A stretch of DNA of 63,986 bases, the filler included, from Choristocarpus tenellus KU-1152 (taxonomy: Eukaryota > Protista > Phaeophyceae): NCBI GenBank assembly GCA_964200185.2. It is 4 parts of 4 records of this genome, joined end to end, with 100 filler letters (N's around TTAATTAATTAA, not from the genome) between each part and the next. Parts side by side here need not be neighbours in the genome. Positions count along the whole stretch, not along the records: positions 1 to 31,697 come from CAXNAD020000078.1; 3 more parts are not named here. One strand, 5' to 3'. Both the position numbers and the translations under genes were made by a program. The first letter of the stretch is position 1; each line of letters opens with the position of its first letter. Below are positions 1-14,293 of this stretch, piece by piece. The notes beneath the pieces are model-generated. The model was not told the origin of the DNA. It worked only from the letters and a program-made list of their open reading frames with translations, and did no database searches.

Positions 1-763
1 GGGGGGGGTAATCTCAGAAGGGGCACCCTCAGACGTGGCACCCCCATTATTCCCGATCATTTTGTTGTGAAAGTGCAGTGTGTCAATGCACACGAATGAA
101 TGAACCGTTAGCTTAATAAAAACAAAACACAAAAGAACGGTATGGGGGCATAGTACAAAAAATTGCAAATGAGGGGATCCCCTCCGCTTTACCCTTAGAG
201 CTTGACCAAATACAGCAATGTTAGATAAGATGACAGTCACCTGTCTTTTGTCTGATATTGCTATATGTTTTCTGACACGGTCTGTACTATACCATCCCAC
301 CAATAATTGGCCAAGACTTATTTGACTGTTAATAGGTGCATGTATGTATGCATAGGTGTATATATAGCTCTAGAGAGTCGTTCAAAGCATGAATTAGCCA
401 TTACAATGATTGACACATCCCTCTGCCTGCCTCACTTGTCAAACAAACTTGTAGCTCCCTTGTTGAAAGTCAAATGAGCATCGCTTCTTTAAACAACTTG
501 TCATCAAACTACATAACACTCTTAATAGCTCAAATAACAGTCGTAGTTGGTAAACTAATGATACAACCATTACTACCTCTACACCACCACAAATAACAAT
601 GCATGCAGTATTGGTCAAGCAGTTTGCTTGTCACACTTGGATCTGCATTGTACACTTGGTTTGATACCATCTTTGAGCTCACCTCCTTGCAATTTACAAA
701 ATGCCATCAAGTACAGCTTAGTTTAGATTGATACTGAGCTGTACTTAACAAGAACAAACAAAA

Positions 764-947
764 CCCTATTCCCGACATCATGGTCCTTCAAACAACATAA
801 ACCACTCCACAAGACACCCCTTGCACTACTCTCACTGATTCCAGAATGATTCTAGAATGGTGGAATGTGCTTCCACTCAGTAAGTGTGCAGGTTGTACAC
901 CTCTTACACCTCTTGACACACAGGCGAACAACGACTTGGGAATAGGG
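764..947. mobile_element. Possible degenerate MITE with short CCCTATTCCC/GGGAATAGGG inverted ends
   Basis: aaccctattccc at 762-773 is the reverse complement of gggaatagggtt at 938-949. The flanks (aaaa / ttat) are only loosely TTAA-like. Confidence 0.35.
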
Positions 948-1431
948 TTATGACTACTCTGTAGAACAATATGTGTTCCTAGTGTAATATATTTTTCTCA
1001 ACCTGTATACAACTCAACATTTACTGTCATAAATCCCACCTCAATAACCTCTTCATGCCACCAATTACGATAATTGGTTTGTTTTCTGGCCAATCACAGC
1101 TGAATGGAACTTCCCATGGTCATATACCCAGATAAATATACTCGCAGCTGTTTGCAGAAGGTACTAAGACAACCCAACCTGTGGATAATGTCAGACTCTA
1201 CCAACAACTAATCAATAGGATCACCCCAACACTTGGCATCAATCAAAACACCAATAGGATCACCTCCAATGGCTACGGTGCACCATTCCAAAATAACAAA
1301 AAAACCCCGCCCTACCTCTCAAGTGCAGCCTTGACACTCATTTTTGGGCAGAGCATTGAGCACAGAGCAAGATAGAAGTGTCTTCACCAAGAGGGGGCAT
1401 TAGACTTGGGGCTGGGGTCAATCAGTCACAC

Positions 1432-4400
1432 CTGCTTCCTGAGTTCCAGTAGGCTCCACCTGGAGGCCTCCTGTGACTTCTCAACATCTTGATACAGATC
1501 CAGCAGGTGTGGCTCATTGTTCTTGGCCCACTCACAAAAGAAGTGAAGAAGGGTCTTCTTCTGGTCTGTTGTCCTGAAACAGCCAAAAAAAAGAGATTCA
1601 AAACATCACCATAACCTTTAGGTAAAATTGCAGCCATGTGCACATCTGTATATCCATATACGTATGTACTTATCATATTGATCTCTCCAATCCACATAGC
1701 CTTCTCAACAGTCAAACCCATGCACTTCCCCTCACTTGACCGTGTTAAGCTTCAGCAGCGAGTCCAGCTTGATGGCACGGGCATCACCATTCCGAGTGCC
1801 CTCGTTCAGGAAGTTTCCAATCGCTAGCACTACTTCAATAATCCGCTTCAACTTGGGGGATTCCCCCACCTGTCAAGTCTCAACAAAGCAGAAGTCAGTC
1901 AGTAGGTTACAGACCAATTTATGTGCATAGGATAACCATAAACCCTAACCCTATTCTATCGCCGCATTCCCCGTAACAGTAGTGTCAAGATCTGTACTAA
2001 GAGATTGCGTCTTTGATATGACATCTTCACCAACACAACACAATACAATGAACAAAATAGCCCTAACCTCACCTTCCACAGTCCAAATCTTTACGGATAC
2101 CCAAACTTGACACCAACATTACAACCATTATCCTTATCCTTACCGTTACCCTATCCCCTGAGTGTATTGACTTACCTAGTGTACCATAATTGATCCCATT
2201 CTCACCACTCTAAACAGAGGTATCAAACTGTAGTGTACATTAACCTACATTTCCAAGGGGGGTAGAACCAGAAGCAAAGCAAATCAAGGCAGACGACTCA
2301 GCACAGGCCAATACAGTCGGCATCTTGGCTAACAATCCTGGTTAAACTACCGGTCACACTACCAAGTCACAGAGGAATGTCCTACATTGGTCCCTGCTAG
2401 ACCCAGACTGTTGAGTGTTGTTACATGTAAGTGCTAAAATAGTTACAATAGTCCGCAGAAGCCGAAACATACACCTGCACTGTGCCAAAAAATTACACAT
2501 ATGCACAACACCAAGATACCATACCATACCATACACTACACTACACTATTGCATTGCATCACATCCATCACATTATAATACCTCTCCTCAGAACCTTACT
2601 TTCTGCAGCTCATACAAAAAAGCAGGTCAAAAGTTGCATGGTAAGAACAAGTTCACTTTGACAATCTTCCCCTCACCCCCATTATCGCTTCTTGGACCAG
2701 AATCAGCTTCTCATCAATGAGACTAGCAGATCCTTCACAGGACTGCATGAAAGTCAGACAGTCTAGACGGTTCTTGTATCGGGGCATGCGTGCTGTAAGT
2801 ACCATGAACTGCTGGACCTATGTACAACAAAGAAAGCACAAGTAAGAGGCGTGTTTGTGAGCTATCTGATACACACACAATTTTGTTATCGTTGACAGAG
2901 GCCACAGATGGCAGGTAAAATGGTTATATCCGTCATATACAAATACATGCAAAAGTAAAACTAGTTCAAACTTTCTCTACAATAAAAAGGTCCCATCAAA
3001 GCCCCCATAGAATAAGGAGCTGCAAGTCTTCCCACCAGAGCTCAAACCACAAGCCTGAATTAAATGCAATGACTACCATACAGTCCTCAACCTTCACATC
3101 CAAACTCTGACATGGCTCTACCATGTGAACACGCCAACATTCCCAACCCTCAAAACTCAAATCCCAGCTGTCCAAGTTCCCGGTATATTCAAACCGCAAC
3201 ATAACACTATAAAACACTAAAACAAGTACCATATTAATCCTTACCCCTACCACCCTTCCACTAAACTCATACAAAAAATTCCACCCTACCCTACCTGCTA
3301 ATACCAACAAATATATCTTTTCCTAACAACTTCGATCACCTTCTTAATCTCACATCTCCCCTCTACCAAGCCATTGACCACCTCTTTCCTATGGGGTACT
3401 AGCCTTATTCTCCATGCCTCCAACTCCAATGTCCATCTCCTATCCCTACTTTGCTACCATTCAACTCAGACCCCCACCCCCCCCAACCCGACACTGACAT
3501 CATCCAAATCAGAGAGCTCCCCCTGAAAACCCTTGAGTGTAGAAAGCTGGTCCAGTGTTGGGGCAATGGCACATAGAGCAGCCAGCTTATCAGAGTCTAG
3601 CTCTTTAAGGTCCATACCCAGGACCTTGTCACAAAGCTCCTGTGGCTCCATCCTGGCAAACAAAACATGATATATAAACGTATGTTTTATTTGCCAAGTA
3701 AAGTTTTCCAAAGGAATATAGTAACATTTAAACACATATTTATAGAAACTCTCAAAACAGGGTGGAAGGGGGGCAAGATTACAGGCAGACAATGCACAGG
3801 TCCAGTGGTTTATTGATATAGGGGAAGGTAGTGAGAGGGAGGTCCAGAGGCGCCCTGCATTTGTTTGCAAGCGGAGAGTACAGCAGCAACTACAACTATC
3901 AAATGAAATGGTTGGCAGGAGTTACAAAAGATGCTGACACGACATTATATCTTCATAGTTACCATACACTCAGAGTAAATCAACACTCCCGCAGATCTTT
4001 ACTCTCCCTACTTCGTTCCACCCCCCCCACCCCCACTAACAACATTCTGGAACAAGTCCAGCGCATCTATCACACTACTTGTTGACCCTGGTATTGACAT
4101 ATCTATGGGCTGTCACTGGTTCTTGGACTTTGGCAACCTCTACACACCACAGCTGAGAGAAAAAAATGAAGGAAGTGCCTCCCATTTCTACAATACCCTA
4201 TAAAAAAATAGGCATACTTCAAAACCCAAATATACTCACGTGCAAGGAAGTCAAGCACTTACCACTTACTCTGGAGTGCAGTAAAAAAACTGTGACTATT
4301 GCATGTACATCATATATTTATCAAGAAACATATATTTTGCAAGTCAATCATTTTGACACATCAGTATGCATGTACTGCAAATTTACATTAAAAAATAATA

Positions 4401-7400
4401 AATACATTCCAATTATAGGGGTGACAGCAACACACACAGGCTAACAACTATTCTTAACAAATGAACTTGGTAAGCACCACACAACACACAACCAGGAAGA
4501 ACAACTGCCACTCAGTTACTAAGAGATCTGGATAAAAAAACCCTGATCACTCAATAAGCTCTGCGCTGAGAAGTACAAATATCACAACTACCTGATATTT
4601 ACTCTAATCCATTAACTACCCCACCTCTCCACGCCACTACACCACCATCCAATCACATCATACCAGGAAACAAGCACCATACTTCACCCACAAAAAATAA
4701 AACTTGACATTTACTGCACATCTTTAACCTTACCTAAAGCGCTTGAAGACGATACCATTGTTCTGAAGCATCTTGGCATCCAAAAGATTTATCGTCTTCT
4801 TTTTCTTCTTAGCCTGCCCTTGTCCCCCTTCTCTCATCCCATCCTTGGCTGAGCTGGTGGGCTTTGACACCTTAGGTTTCTCTACAAAATGGTCCTTCAG
4901 GTGTTGCAGGGGAAGCACCTAAAAATAATATATATAAATATATAAATGGTGTGAGAAGATGTAGTGTCACTACCAGCAAAGACATCATATTTTACTCAAC
5001 AGATGTACACCACGCTCTAGTAAAAATTACAAATCACAGCATTCATTAATCTCGCCTTCCCTCCCCCCTACCCCAAACCCCCAGAGGCCAATTATCCCTC
5101 TACATGCAGTCTCTCCTCTCACCACTGAAGCTGGATTAATCTCATTAAACACAGTTTTCTCTATCTTGGCAGGTGAAATCTTATTCCAGTGCACTGGCCG
5201 CCTCTTCGGCCCTGGAGGTTTCTTGGGCATAGATGGTGGTGGTGGCACCCCCAGCGGCACTCCAGGCAGGGGTGGAGCTCCCGGCGCTGGAGGAGCCCTG
5301 GGAATCATGCCAGGCAAAGGGGGTGGCATAGGAGCCCTGGGAATCATTCCAGGCAATGGAGGTGGCATTGGTATTCCCGCTGCAGGAAGGGAGGGGGGCA
5401 CAGGGATAACACTGCCTTGGGGCCTTGGAATTCCTGGGAGGGGAGGGGGAGCAGGAATAGCCCCCCCTGACCTCGGAGGCAGGGCAGGAGGTGCTGGGAT
5501 AGCACCCACAAGCTTGGGGGGAGCTTTCGATATCAGTGACTTTGAGGTATCCTCGTCTTCATCATCGTCCAAGCCCAACCCAGCCACCAAGACCTTGCTT
5601 GTGTACTCCCTGCTTCCAGTGTGGTCACAGGAGGGGCGAGGGGGGGAAGAGGGAAAGAAGTTCACAGACCATTTGTACTTATCCGGCAAGTCAACCAATC
5701 AATTATAGTCATTAGAGATACCCAACCTTTGCCCCGGCCTTTTTCCCACACAAACTTCTGCAAAGTCAAAACTTCGGTGCAATGCCAACCAAATTATTTT
5801 ATCTCTCAAGAGGGGACTAGCAGTCACAAACATGCTTCACTCAGGGTGTGTGGAAGAGATAAGGCAATAGAGGTATATACCCAACTAATTAATGTCAGCT
5901 GACACACCACCGGATGTACTGTTTCCAGTTAAGTATTTACTTTGTTGTAATTCAAACCATGGGGAATGTTCGTCTACCCTCACATGTATACCAAATCACA
6001 CCAACAACAATACGGAGTACACTCTATGACCAATTATAGTGAAACTTTCCCATTAAATATCATAACAACAATACCGTGCTACTATTACATATTATTAATA
6101 ATATTGTACAGTACACTCTTGCATACATTTGGCATTAGTAACACACCAGAATCAAAAATAAAATACACTTTGGCCTTGAACCGTGTCCCTTACTATTCTT
6201 TACTTCCCTGCACACAAAAATTAAGCTACTGCACAAAACACCATGGAACTCACATGTCCATCACATCCCGCAGAAAAATCAAGCTACCTATCTTGCTACA
6301 GATATCCCCAGTACAATGGCAGAAAATAACACCTCAACCAGCACATACAAAAGAACCCAGAACTCAAAACCCATTGCTTGGCTCGCAGGGCACACCACAA
6401 CCAGGCTGCACAGAGTTGCATTCACATCATTGTTCCTACAACAACACCAACAAATAAACTCCACCAAATCAAAACCTCAACCCCACTAAACCCCCCATAA
6501 AAAGAAAAAAAAATAGTTGTACTACAAAGGACATGCCTGACTTTCTTCCACTTTTGAAGGTCGCATGATGTTCCCATGGCCTCAAAATCCTTTGTGATCA
6601 GGTCAATCTCCACTCGTAATGCCTCATTACCCTTAAACATATCCACCACCTTACGCATTGACACAACAGATGGTGGGTCAAGCTCAATAGACCCCCCCCC
6701 CGCCTCACCACCTTTGGTCCCACTCCCAGCTCCGTCCACTGCAGTTCCCACATCAATGGCATCACGCATGTCTTCTTTCATTACATTGTCAAACAGATCC
6801 ATCTACATACACAAATTCATGCAATGGTCAGGAGCAGATGTCGGGAGGAAGGGGGGGGAAGGGTAGGGGATACAGACAAAATGCAATCATTGGAGTTCCA
6901 TCATCCTGCAAAGGCATACTACCTCAAGAAACAGCGCTTTCAAATAAGGGGGGATTAGTCTGGACCTACGAGGTGGAAGAGAAATGGTCCCTCCCTGGCA
7001 GGCAGTAGGATATTGAAAGTCGACATGACCAATAACTTCAGACCACAAAGTTTACACAATATTTTAAATTGTACCAACCTTCATGAGTTAAAATTTCAAT
7101 TATGGATGATATCAACAAAAAAACCCTGTAGTTTCATGGGTGTTCTATAATTTTCCAACATGGAGCTTTGATGCTATACCCCAAAAAGCACATGTATACT
7201 TCCTCACTGTCAATCAGCACTGCAGATACACCACACATCAACACCGACCACAACACATAAATATTACTCCCTACATCTCAATCTTCCCACCATTATTTCC
7301 GTATTACCATTATTAATGTTGACATGATAGGTGATACATGATACATATTCCCAAACCCCCACCTGTGCCATAAGCTCATCCAGGTGTGGATCAACAGAGT

Positions 7401-10400
7401 GTCCTGACACTGAGGAGGATATGCTCGTCACACTACTGGACTTCCTGTGATGTTTGGTCTTCTCAAGAAAGCGACCAATGCCGTTTTCTCCCTCCATCTC
7501 AGACAGATTGTCCTCCTCATCTTCCTGAACAACAATCAACAACAACCACAACAAAAAGGTAAACTGTTACTCAGAAAACAGCGCAAGCGCAAACACACTC
7601 ATGACATACCTCCTAACCTTACCTACTGCGTCAAAAGAGCAAAAACGTGTGTGCAAGTTCATGCTTCATACTTCAAGGGTAGCCTGCTACATACATTGCG
7701 AAGAGTTATTCCATGGGGCTGGATGCAATCCATCGAACTCAGCTAATTAACATCAAAATTAACATCAAAGTATTTTGTTTAATTCATCCAAAATAATTGA
7801 AACGTGTGCAAACCACAGCATTAGTTGTTTTCCTTTGACCTCTATGTAAGAGAGCGATCAAGTGGAATTCAAGGAAAGTCTGCTACAATCATTCTGCAAA
7901 GACTCATTTTCACAAGAAAAAGAATGGAGGATGAGAGAGACCTCCCACAACATTAGCCTCCAGCAGGACCCCTCACAAACTAGGATGAATTTTGACCAGA
8001 CCACACTTTCACCCCACCAAATCAAACTGGATAAAACAACTCCATGGGTTCAAATAAGTTAGCAATCAAATTGTTCAAATACTAGAGTCCCTAAGCCCAA
8101 TACATATTTGCACAAAAAAATGCCTTCATCAATGGTACAAACACCAACAGTTAACTCACCCCTGCCACACTACCTAATCCATTCCTCACCCAACCCTTTC
8201 CCAATTCACTTGCTAATAACCACCTCAATAGATCCTCACACCAAATATCGCTGCAGTCTGCACTGCAAGGGCATTACCACTATTACCATTTCCTCTTCTT
8301 CACAACACAATCTCCTTTTTTAAACCAATATCCCACACAACAACAATCTATCCAGTTCTCCCCTCCTCCTTACCTTGGGGATGTCATAGTGGATACGGAT
8401 TCGGTCCATGGCCTCTAGCATGCCAGCTGATATAATCTCTGTCCGCAGCAGCACTCGTTCTTCAAACTCAAACGCACTGCACAGTAATGTGTTGAGGAAT
8501 ATCATGATGTGATTGGCCAGTTCTGTTGAACTGTTCTCCGCATCTCCAAAAGCCTCCACCAACAGTGAGAAACGCATATCCTCATCCTTGTCCACCTGAT
8601 TCCCCATTACATAGTTCCAGTGACAACATATACATGCAAACACAGATACACACAAAATATAACAATTGATCATTAAACAAACCAGTTTCAAGCCCAACAA
8701 GGTTGTAAGGGGGGCAAGAGGAGAGCTGGAAGGATGAGAACAAGCACAGTCCACAACAATGACAAAACTGTCATGAGGGCTAGGGTTATGGCTACTGTGT
8801 ACCACTAAGTCAGCATTGAGGTGTTGTACCAAGGACAACGACAGTCCCCATCCCGCCAAGCCTTTTAAGAACTTTTCTGAGGATTTACCCCTAAGTTAGG
8901 AGACTCGTTACAATTATGACAAGTCTAAACACCAGTTGCATCCTTCTTAACAATAAGCAATTCAAAGCCAATGGTAGAGCTGAGAGCCCAAGTAAATGAG
9001 AGATGTATTTTTAAGGATGCTCACAAATGTGCAAAACTTGCTGGTAGACTCCCCTCCCTGTGAACTCTTGTGTTATTGATTGGTTGCTAGAATAAAATAT
9101 TCCAAAATCTTCTTGCCACAATGAAAAACAGCTGGTCAATGGGAAGAACTGCACACCTAACATGTACCTTTGATCCTTTGCTACCTAAGTTGTAAGCCCA
9201 TGATGCTATCAACATCATCTCTTACAGCCGGATCATCCTGATAATAAAAAAGACTATTCATTTTGTTGTTTTAAAAGACACCTGAAAAAACAAACCACCA
9301 TGCTCAAAACAAATACAACAAGCTGTCACAGTACAGTCCCCAACTTTTGTCCATATTGAATGTAAATCACCCTTACCCCCTGCAGGAACCACAAACCTTG
9401 ACATGGTCTAGCGCATTCATGACCACTTCAAAACCATTGGGATCAGCAGACATGATGGTCAGCAACCGAAGAAGGCTACACTGTACATAGGTGCTTGACG
9501 AATAGATTACACTCATCTGATAAATTAGAAGAGAGACAGAAAGGGGGGGAGGGGGGGGGTAAATTTTTTTTTTGAGGGAATATATAATTTTCTGCCAATG
9601 GTGCTGTCTTTAGTAGATGTATGAACAGTGGAGTAAGAATCAAAACTCTTAAGGAGGGGGGCAGGGGGGAAGGGCTGGAAATGGAGGGTTGTACTGTACA
9701 GTAAGAGAATAGGCAATGCAATGAGTAGGAAAGAGGTAGGTGAAGGTTGAAAGAGTTGAACCAACTATAATGTGATAACATATCCTGAGAGTGGCTCAGG
9801 GGGTTTGTCAGGATAATTTAAAAGCACAACAATGGTAGAGAGTAAGTGAGGAACACAAAAGGAAAGGAATGAAGAGACAAATATTGGTGGGTATCCTGAG
9901 AACAAACAAAAAGAGACATTACTAGCCTCAGTGTGTACGTTCACCTCCTAAAGAATACCTACTATATATGCAGACAGGTACAGAGTTCATCAAGAAGATA
10001 TTTTGGCAACAGAGATGGATAGAGGGTGAATACACCTCCAAGGCTAGTATCCACAAGGGGGGAAAATTAGTTTATCAAAGAGGCAACAATACTACACCTC
10101 TAGGTCGTGGTAACCGGGTTTATGCTGCATGTTCAACTTCAACTTACAGCAAGTAGGGGCATGAGATCAGTACTTTCCCCGAGCATTGTCAAGCCCACAG
10201 GTTTGTTCATGAGGAGCATCAGGCAGTGTACCAGCTCTTCTTCCAGCTCAATATCCTCTTGAGGTACCTACAAAAAAAAAAGGTGCAATGTAGCACAGAG
10301 GGGGGGGGGGGCGGGGGGGGGGGGGGGGGGGGCGATTGAAGGCAACAATGACAACAGCAAATGGCAAGTTAGGATCCTTTGCCTCTCAGAAATGGAGCAT

Positions 10401-13400
10401 TGGACTGTACTTACGTACAGAGTGTTGGATTGACCACGACACAAAATCCTAAACAATCATCCTTACAAGTGGTAATAGCATCTTGGCATCACGCCAATAT
10501 ATACACAACACCTCAAAAAATTTATCGTACCCTAACCCTAACCCTACAACACTTTTCGAAAAAGTCACTACCTACACTCACACAAGCGTACAAAAACTGC
10601 TATATTTTACACAAAGAATGGACTACCCCAGAATTCGAAATCCAAAACCTCAATCAAATTCCATAGCCTGCTTACATCCCCAACTATACTAACAGGTATT
10701 CAACTTAGACACTCTAGCCCATTTGCATACTGAATATATGCACTGAAGTGTATCTATATCAACGATCACAACTAATCAACACTAAAACCCAGTTCACATT
10801 GCATTTCACATAGTATCACCTCAACAAATACAGTGGACACTCACATAAGTCTACACAGTGTCACAATCATCGAGTCCCCAAGTGATCTCAACCTGCATTA
10901 TTACAACCAACACAGTCCTAGAACTTCCAACAGATCATAAGTACTTCACTTAAAACTACAATATTTCACAGGTAGGACTGTCTCCACACTGCAATATACA
11001 CATATAATTTGAACAACCCAAAAACCCCATAAAAAGAAAATTTCGCAAGCTTTCATGCTATCAAGATCAATAATAGATTCTGGGTGCTAGCACCAAGCAA
11101 ATGATTCAGTGTATATCAGTGGTGTGGTGAAGTATTTCGACTTGAAGGTAAAATAGTAGAACACACAATTGTATCAACAAAACCTCTAATAGTTTGCATA
11201 AAGAACATGCCCCTGACAGTCGAGTCCCATCAAATCAGGGGTGAAGTAGATAGAAATATGTCCAAATCATTGGTTTCCCAGCCAGTATTCGCATGTGAAT
11301 ACACACCACTATCACGATCAGATCAGATCACAATAGCAACAAACAGTGTAACAAAAGCATGCAACACATCTCATAGTCCTCTTTGTCCTTCTCACCACTC
11401 TCTCATTGTCATCGTCCCCCTCCTCCAGATAATCCTCCCTGCACTCCCCCACCTCTGCCATGACCTATTAGAGGCACGAAAGGATGTACATGGCGAGGGG
11501 AGTCAAGGGATCAAAAGGGGATCGAGCTGCAAGATAAACTCTGCAACTGCAAAATCTCTGATTGCAAATGTGAATCAACCACTTGAGTCCAACAGGGAGA
11601 ACAGCCTTAGGCAAATAGAAAATACCTTCACTATCTTAAACAAAGCCATCATCACCTCGGGTCAGATCAACACATACTAGAATACAGTGTATTTTTACAG
11701 CAAAACACCCCCTAGGATCTGTTCTGTGGAAATATTTCAAGAATATCAAGTGTTCTCAGGATTAGGTAGCCACTTTTCACCCTCACCACATTGCCTAACA
11801 GCATGCAACAGAGTCTGTGCTCACCTTTGCCCCCCCCCCACTCCCAACAACTGTGTAAAAGGGTTGGACATTTATCATACGCAACAGTATGAGATGCAAA
11901 AAGATAAATAATATATCCTCGCAGTGAAAATTAGTATTGATCATCTCTCCACATCAAGATCCATCAAACAGCTACAGCCACAATTGTTGCATCTGGGTAG
12001 GTTCAAGTTCTCCCACACTCACCAGAAATACACAGTTGTCGAATCCTCCACCCCATGTGCAATTGTAAATGCAGGCATGGAATGAGACCAACACTGCCCT
12101 TACAGCATGTGAAATGAATTGAACGAATCAATAACTATCAATTTATCAGGCTCAAAATTTTCTATGTACTATTTATACTAGGGACTAAGAAAAATCCCAA
12201 AATAAACGATAGCACACACCAGGCTCAATGTATCTTGGGGGGGGGGGGGTGGCGACTGTCCATTCGGGCCCATTTTTTCATGTCATGATTTTTGGGTGAT
12301 TTGGTTGCATGCGTCGGATGGATAGTGTGAGTCCACTTCTCCTGGTCAGGGTCTGAATGGACCCTCTGGTGTAGACCCCCCCCCCCCCCCCCCCCCCCAC
12401 CCCCCCCCCCCCCCCCCCCCCCCACAACCACCCCCCACACCCAACCTAAACTANNNNNNNNNNGGGTCTGAATGGACCCTCTGGTGGTGCCCCCCCCCCC
12501 CCCACCCCCCCAGATACTTTGACCCACCAATTAAAAATCCTGTGTCTCAAAGTGCATTAGAACCAACGTAGCTTGGTTTTAAAATGGTGGATCGGAGTAT
12601 GACTGATCTACATGGTCCTTGATCTTGTAATCCGAATTAAATCCTTCAAAATGGACTATTTTAATCCACTTTCCTTGACAGTGCTCCAAAGTGGATGACA
12701 ATTCTTTGTCGACAAGAATGGTCCTTAATTTTTAAACATCTCAAAGAAAATGCGAGCAATTCCAATGTGCTAAAAAGGTGAAGGCTTCAAGCAGTAAAGC
12801 TCTGTTAGTCTTAGAGCCAAAGTATCTTAGAGGGTACAGCCGCGTCCATATGGGGGTCAAAGTCCAATGTTGCAATTTTGATGTAATTTTGGCTATTGTG
12901 TGTATTAGGAAGTGTCAATGTCGATGTTCTGGACACACGTTTAATAACATACACATTTTACCCACTCCGAAACATTTTGGCGAAGGAAAATGCAATAAAA
13001 CGTCCATGTGAAGTCAAGCCCCAAATGGACAAACAGGGCAAAACTCGTACCCTCTAAGATACTTTCACTCCTTACACATGTGCATACCTTGTATATACCA
13101 GCCATGCCATCATTTTCTTTGAACGTTTTAATCCACTCGTCATCAGCTGCCTTGATGGATACCCTCAAGGCTTCCAAGATCTTGATCTTTGGGATGGAGG
13201 ACATAACCAACTCCCTGGCATACATCTTGGGAGACCTATCCTGTGGAACACCAAAGCAGGGTTAAGAATGTGTAAGGGATGGGAAGGGGCCTATAGGAGT
13301 GTGGACGGAAAGAGAACAATAGCGAGAGAAGGGTAGGGGGGCTAGGCCAGGGTAAGGGGTGCATATCAGCTGAAAACACACGGGTTGACTCTTACCACCG

Positions 13401-14293
13401 CGACAAGATGTTCTTGGGGAGTGGATCCAAGCAAGTCTAGTGAGAAAATTGCGCCCAGAAGAGGCTGTTTCGCTCTTGACGAATTTTCCTAGATACCTTC
13501 GAAGATATATGGACTTTCTCTGTTCTTTCACTGAGCTCCTGTGTCGGTTGTTACTCAGTGCTTAATAGGAGTATTCCCATTTCCTACTTGACAATGAGAC
13601 GACTGTCAACCTGGAATGGTTTGGAGTCTTCCAGACAACGGTCAAACAACTCGATAGGTGCTAAGGCCTCGACGACACCCAGCAAAATGTCATTGGACCC
13701 TGACACACTCCCAGCATCTAGAACAAATTTCGTTCTGTTTCAGAGGGTGAGCTTATCACAACCGTTTTGTTCCACCCTATGGTGAGAGAGACAGACTTGG
13801 TTAACTTTTCACGATGCCAAGTAATACAATTTTCGACCCCAAGATTCCTTATGTACACTTCTGCAACTTCCTGGGTCAGCGAAGCCAATTGCGAGTTACC
13901 TTATCTTCACTGGCTAGTTCCACTTCGACGCCATCCCTAGGGGCCACGACGTTGGGATGGACCACATCCCCCTGTTCTTGACCTTGAAGGATTGATTTCT
14001 GGTGCTGGTCCCCGAACTTGAGGAGTATGTTTCGCTTTGTAGTATTGTCTATCTTGCTGAACAAGGTGCGGAGGTTATCGTCCAAGTCGAAGTCATCCTT
14101 GAATTTCTAGGAGAATGGACGTAAAACAGCGAGAAAGGAGGGTAGGTCATATCTGTAGAACGATCAAAATATTAAGGTGGGTACATTGAGTGCATCGTAC
14201 AAAGACCTCATTGCAACCTCCAGCACACACCTGGCGCGCCTTGCCCCATTCCCCCCCCTTAAACTTTTTCAGTATCTTGCGAAGGACACCCAT
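1432..14293 (-). CDS. Formin (GBD/FH3-FH1-FH2), multi-exon, 3' end not resolved in window
   Basis: Phase-consistent exons (minus): 14293-14231, 14106-13900, 13240-13088 (LEALRVSIKAADDEWIKTF, GBD-like), 11464-11396, 10267-10148 (LVHCLMLLMNKPVGL), 9516-9397, 8595-8374 (RFSLLV..IFLNTLL..ERVLLRTEI, FH3), 7524-7363, 6802-6537, 5609-5123 (poly-Pro FH1 then RRPVHWNKI), 4918-4734 (INLLDAK), 3652-3499, 2817-2677 (MPRYKNRL), 1869-1736 (LAIGNFLNEGT..AIKLDSLLKL, FH2 signature), 1573-1432 (KKTLLHF). Confidence 0.93.
12222..12525. mobile_element. MITE subfamily B (GGGTCAAAGTATCTGGGGG-type TIR, poly-G/C subtermini), 4-bp TSD ACCA, in a formin intron
   Basis: Left end ggctcaatgtatcttgggg, right end ccccagatactttgaccc, with acca on both flanks. 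The interior matches 40652-40826 and contains a 10-N gap with duplicated sequence. Confidence 0.8.
12814..13070. mobile_element. MITE subfamily A (~255 bp), 4-bp TSD CTTA
   Basis: TIR gagccaaagtatcttagagggtac ... gtaccctctaagatactttcactc, with ctta on both flanks. Homologous copies lie at 41500, 46244 and 53735. Confidence 0.9.

Noticed and set aside
5166-5708. Gly-rich 180-aa plus-strand ORF
   Set aside because: Antisense shadow of the poly-Pro FH1 exon.
12350-12490. Internal duplication within the MITE around the 10-N gap
   Set aside because: Most likely an unmerged overlap at a poly-C assembly break.
13590-13720. Possible extra formin exon
   Set aside because: Phase is incompatible; the flanking exons join cleanly without it.
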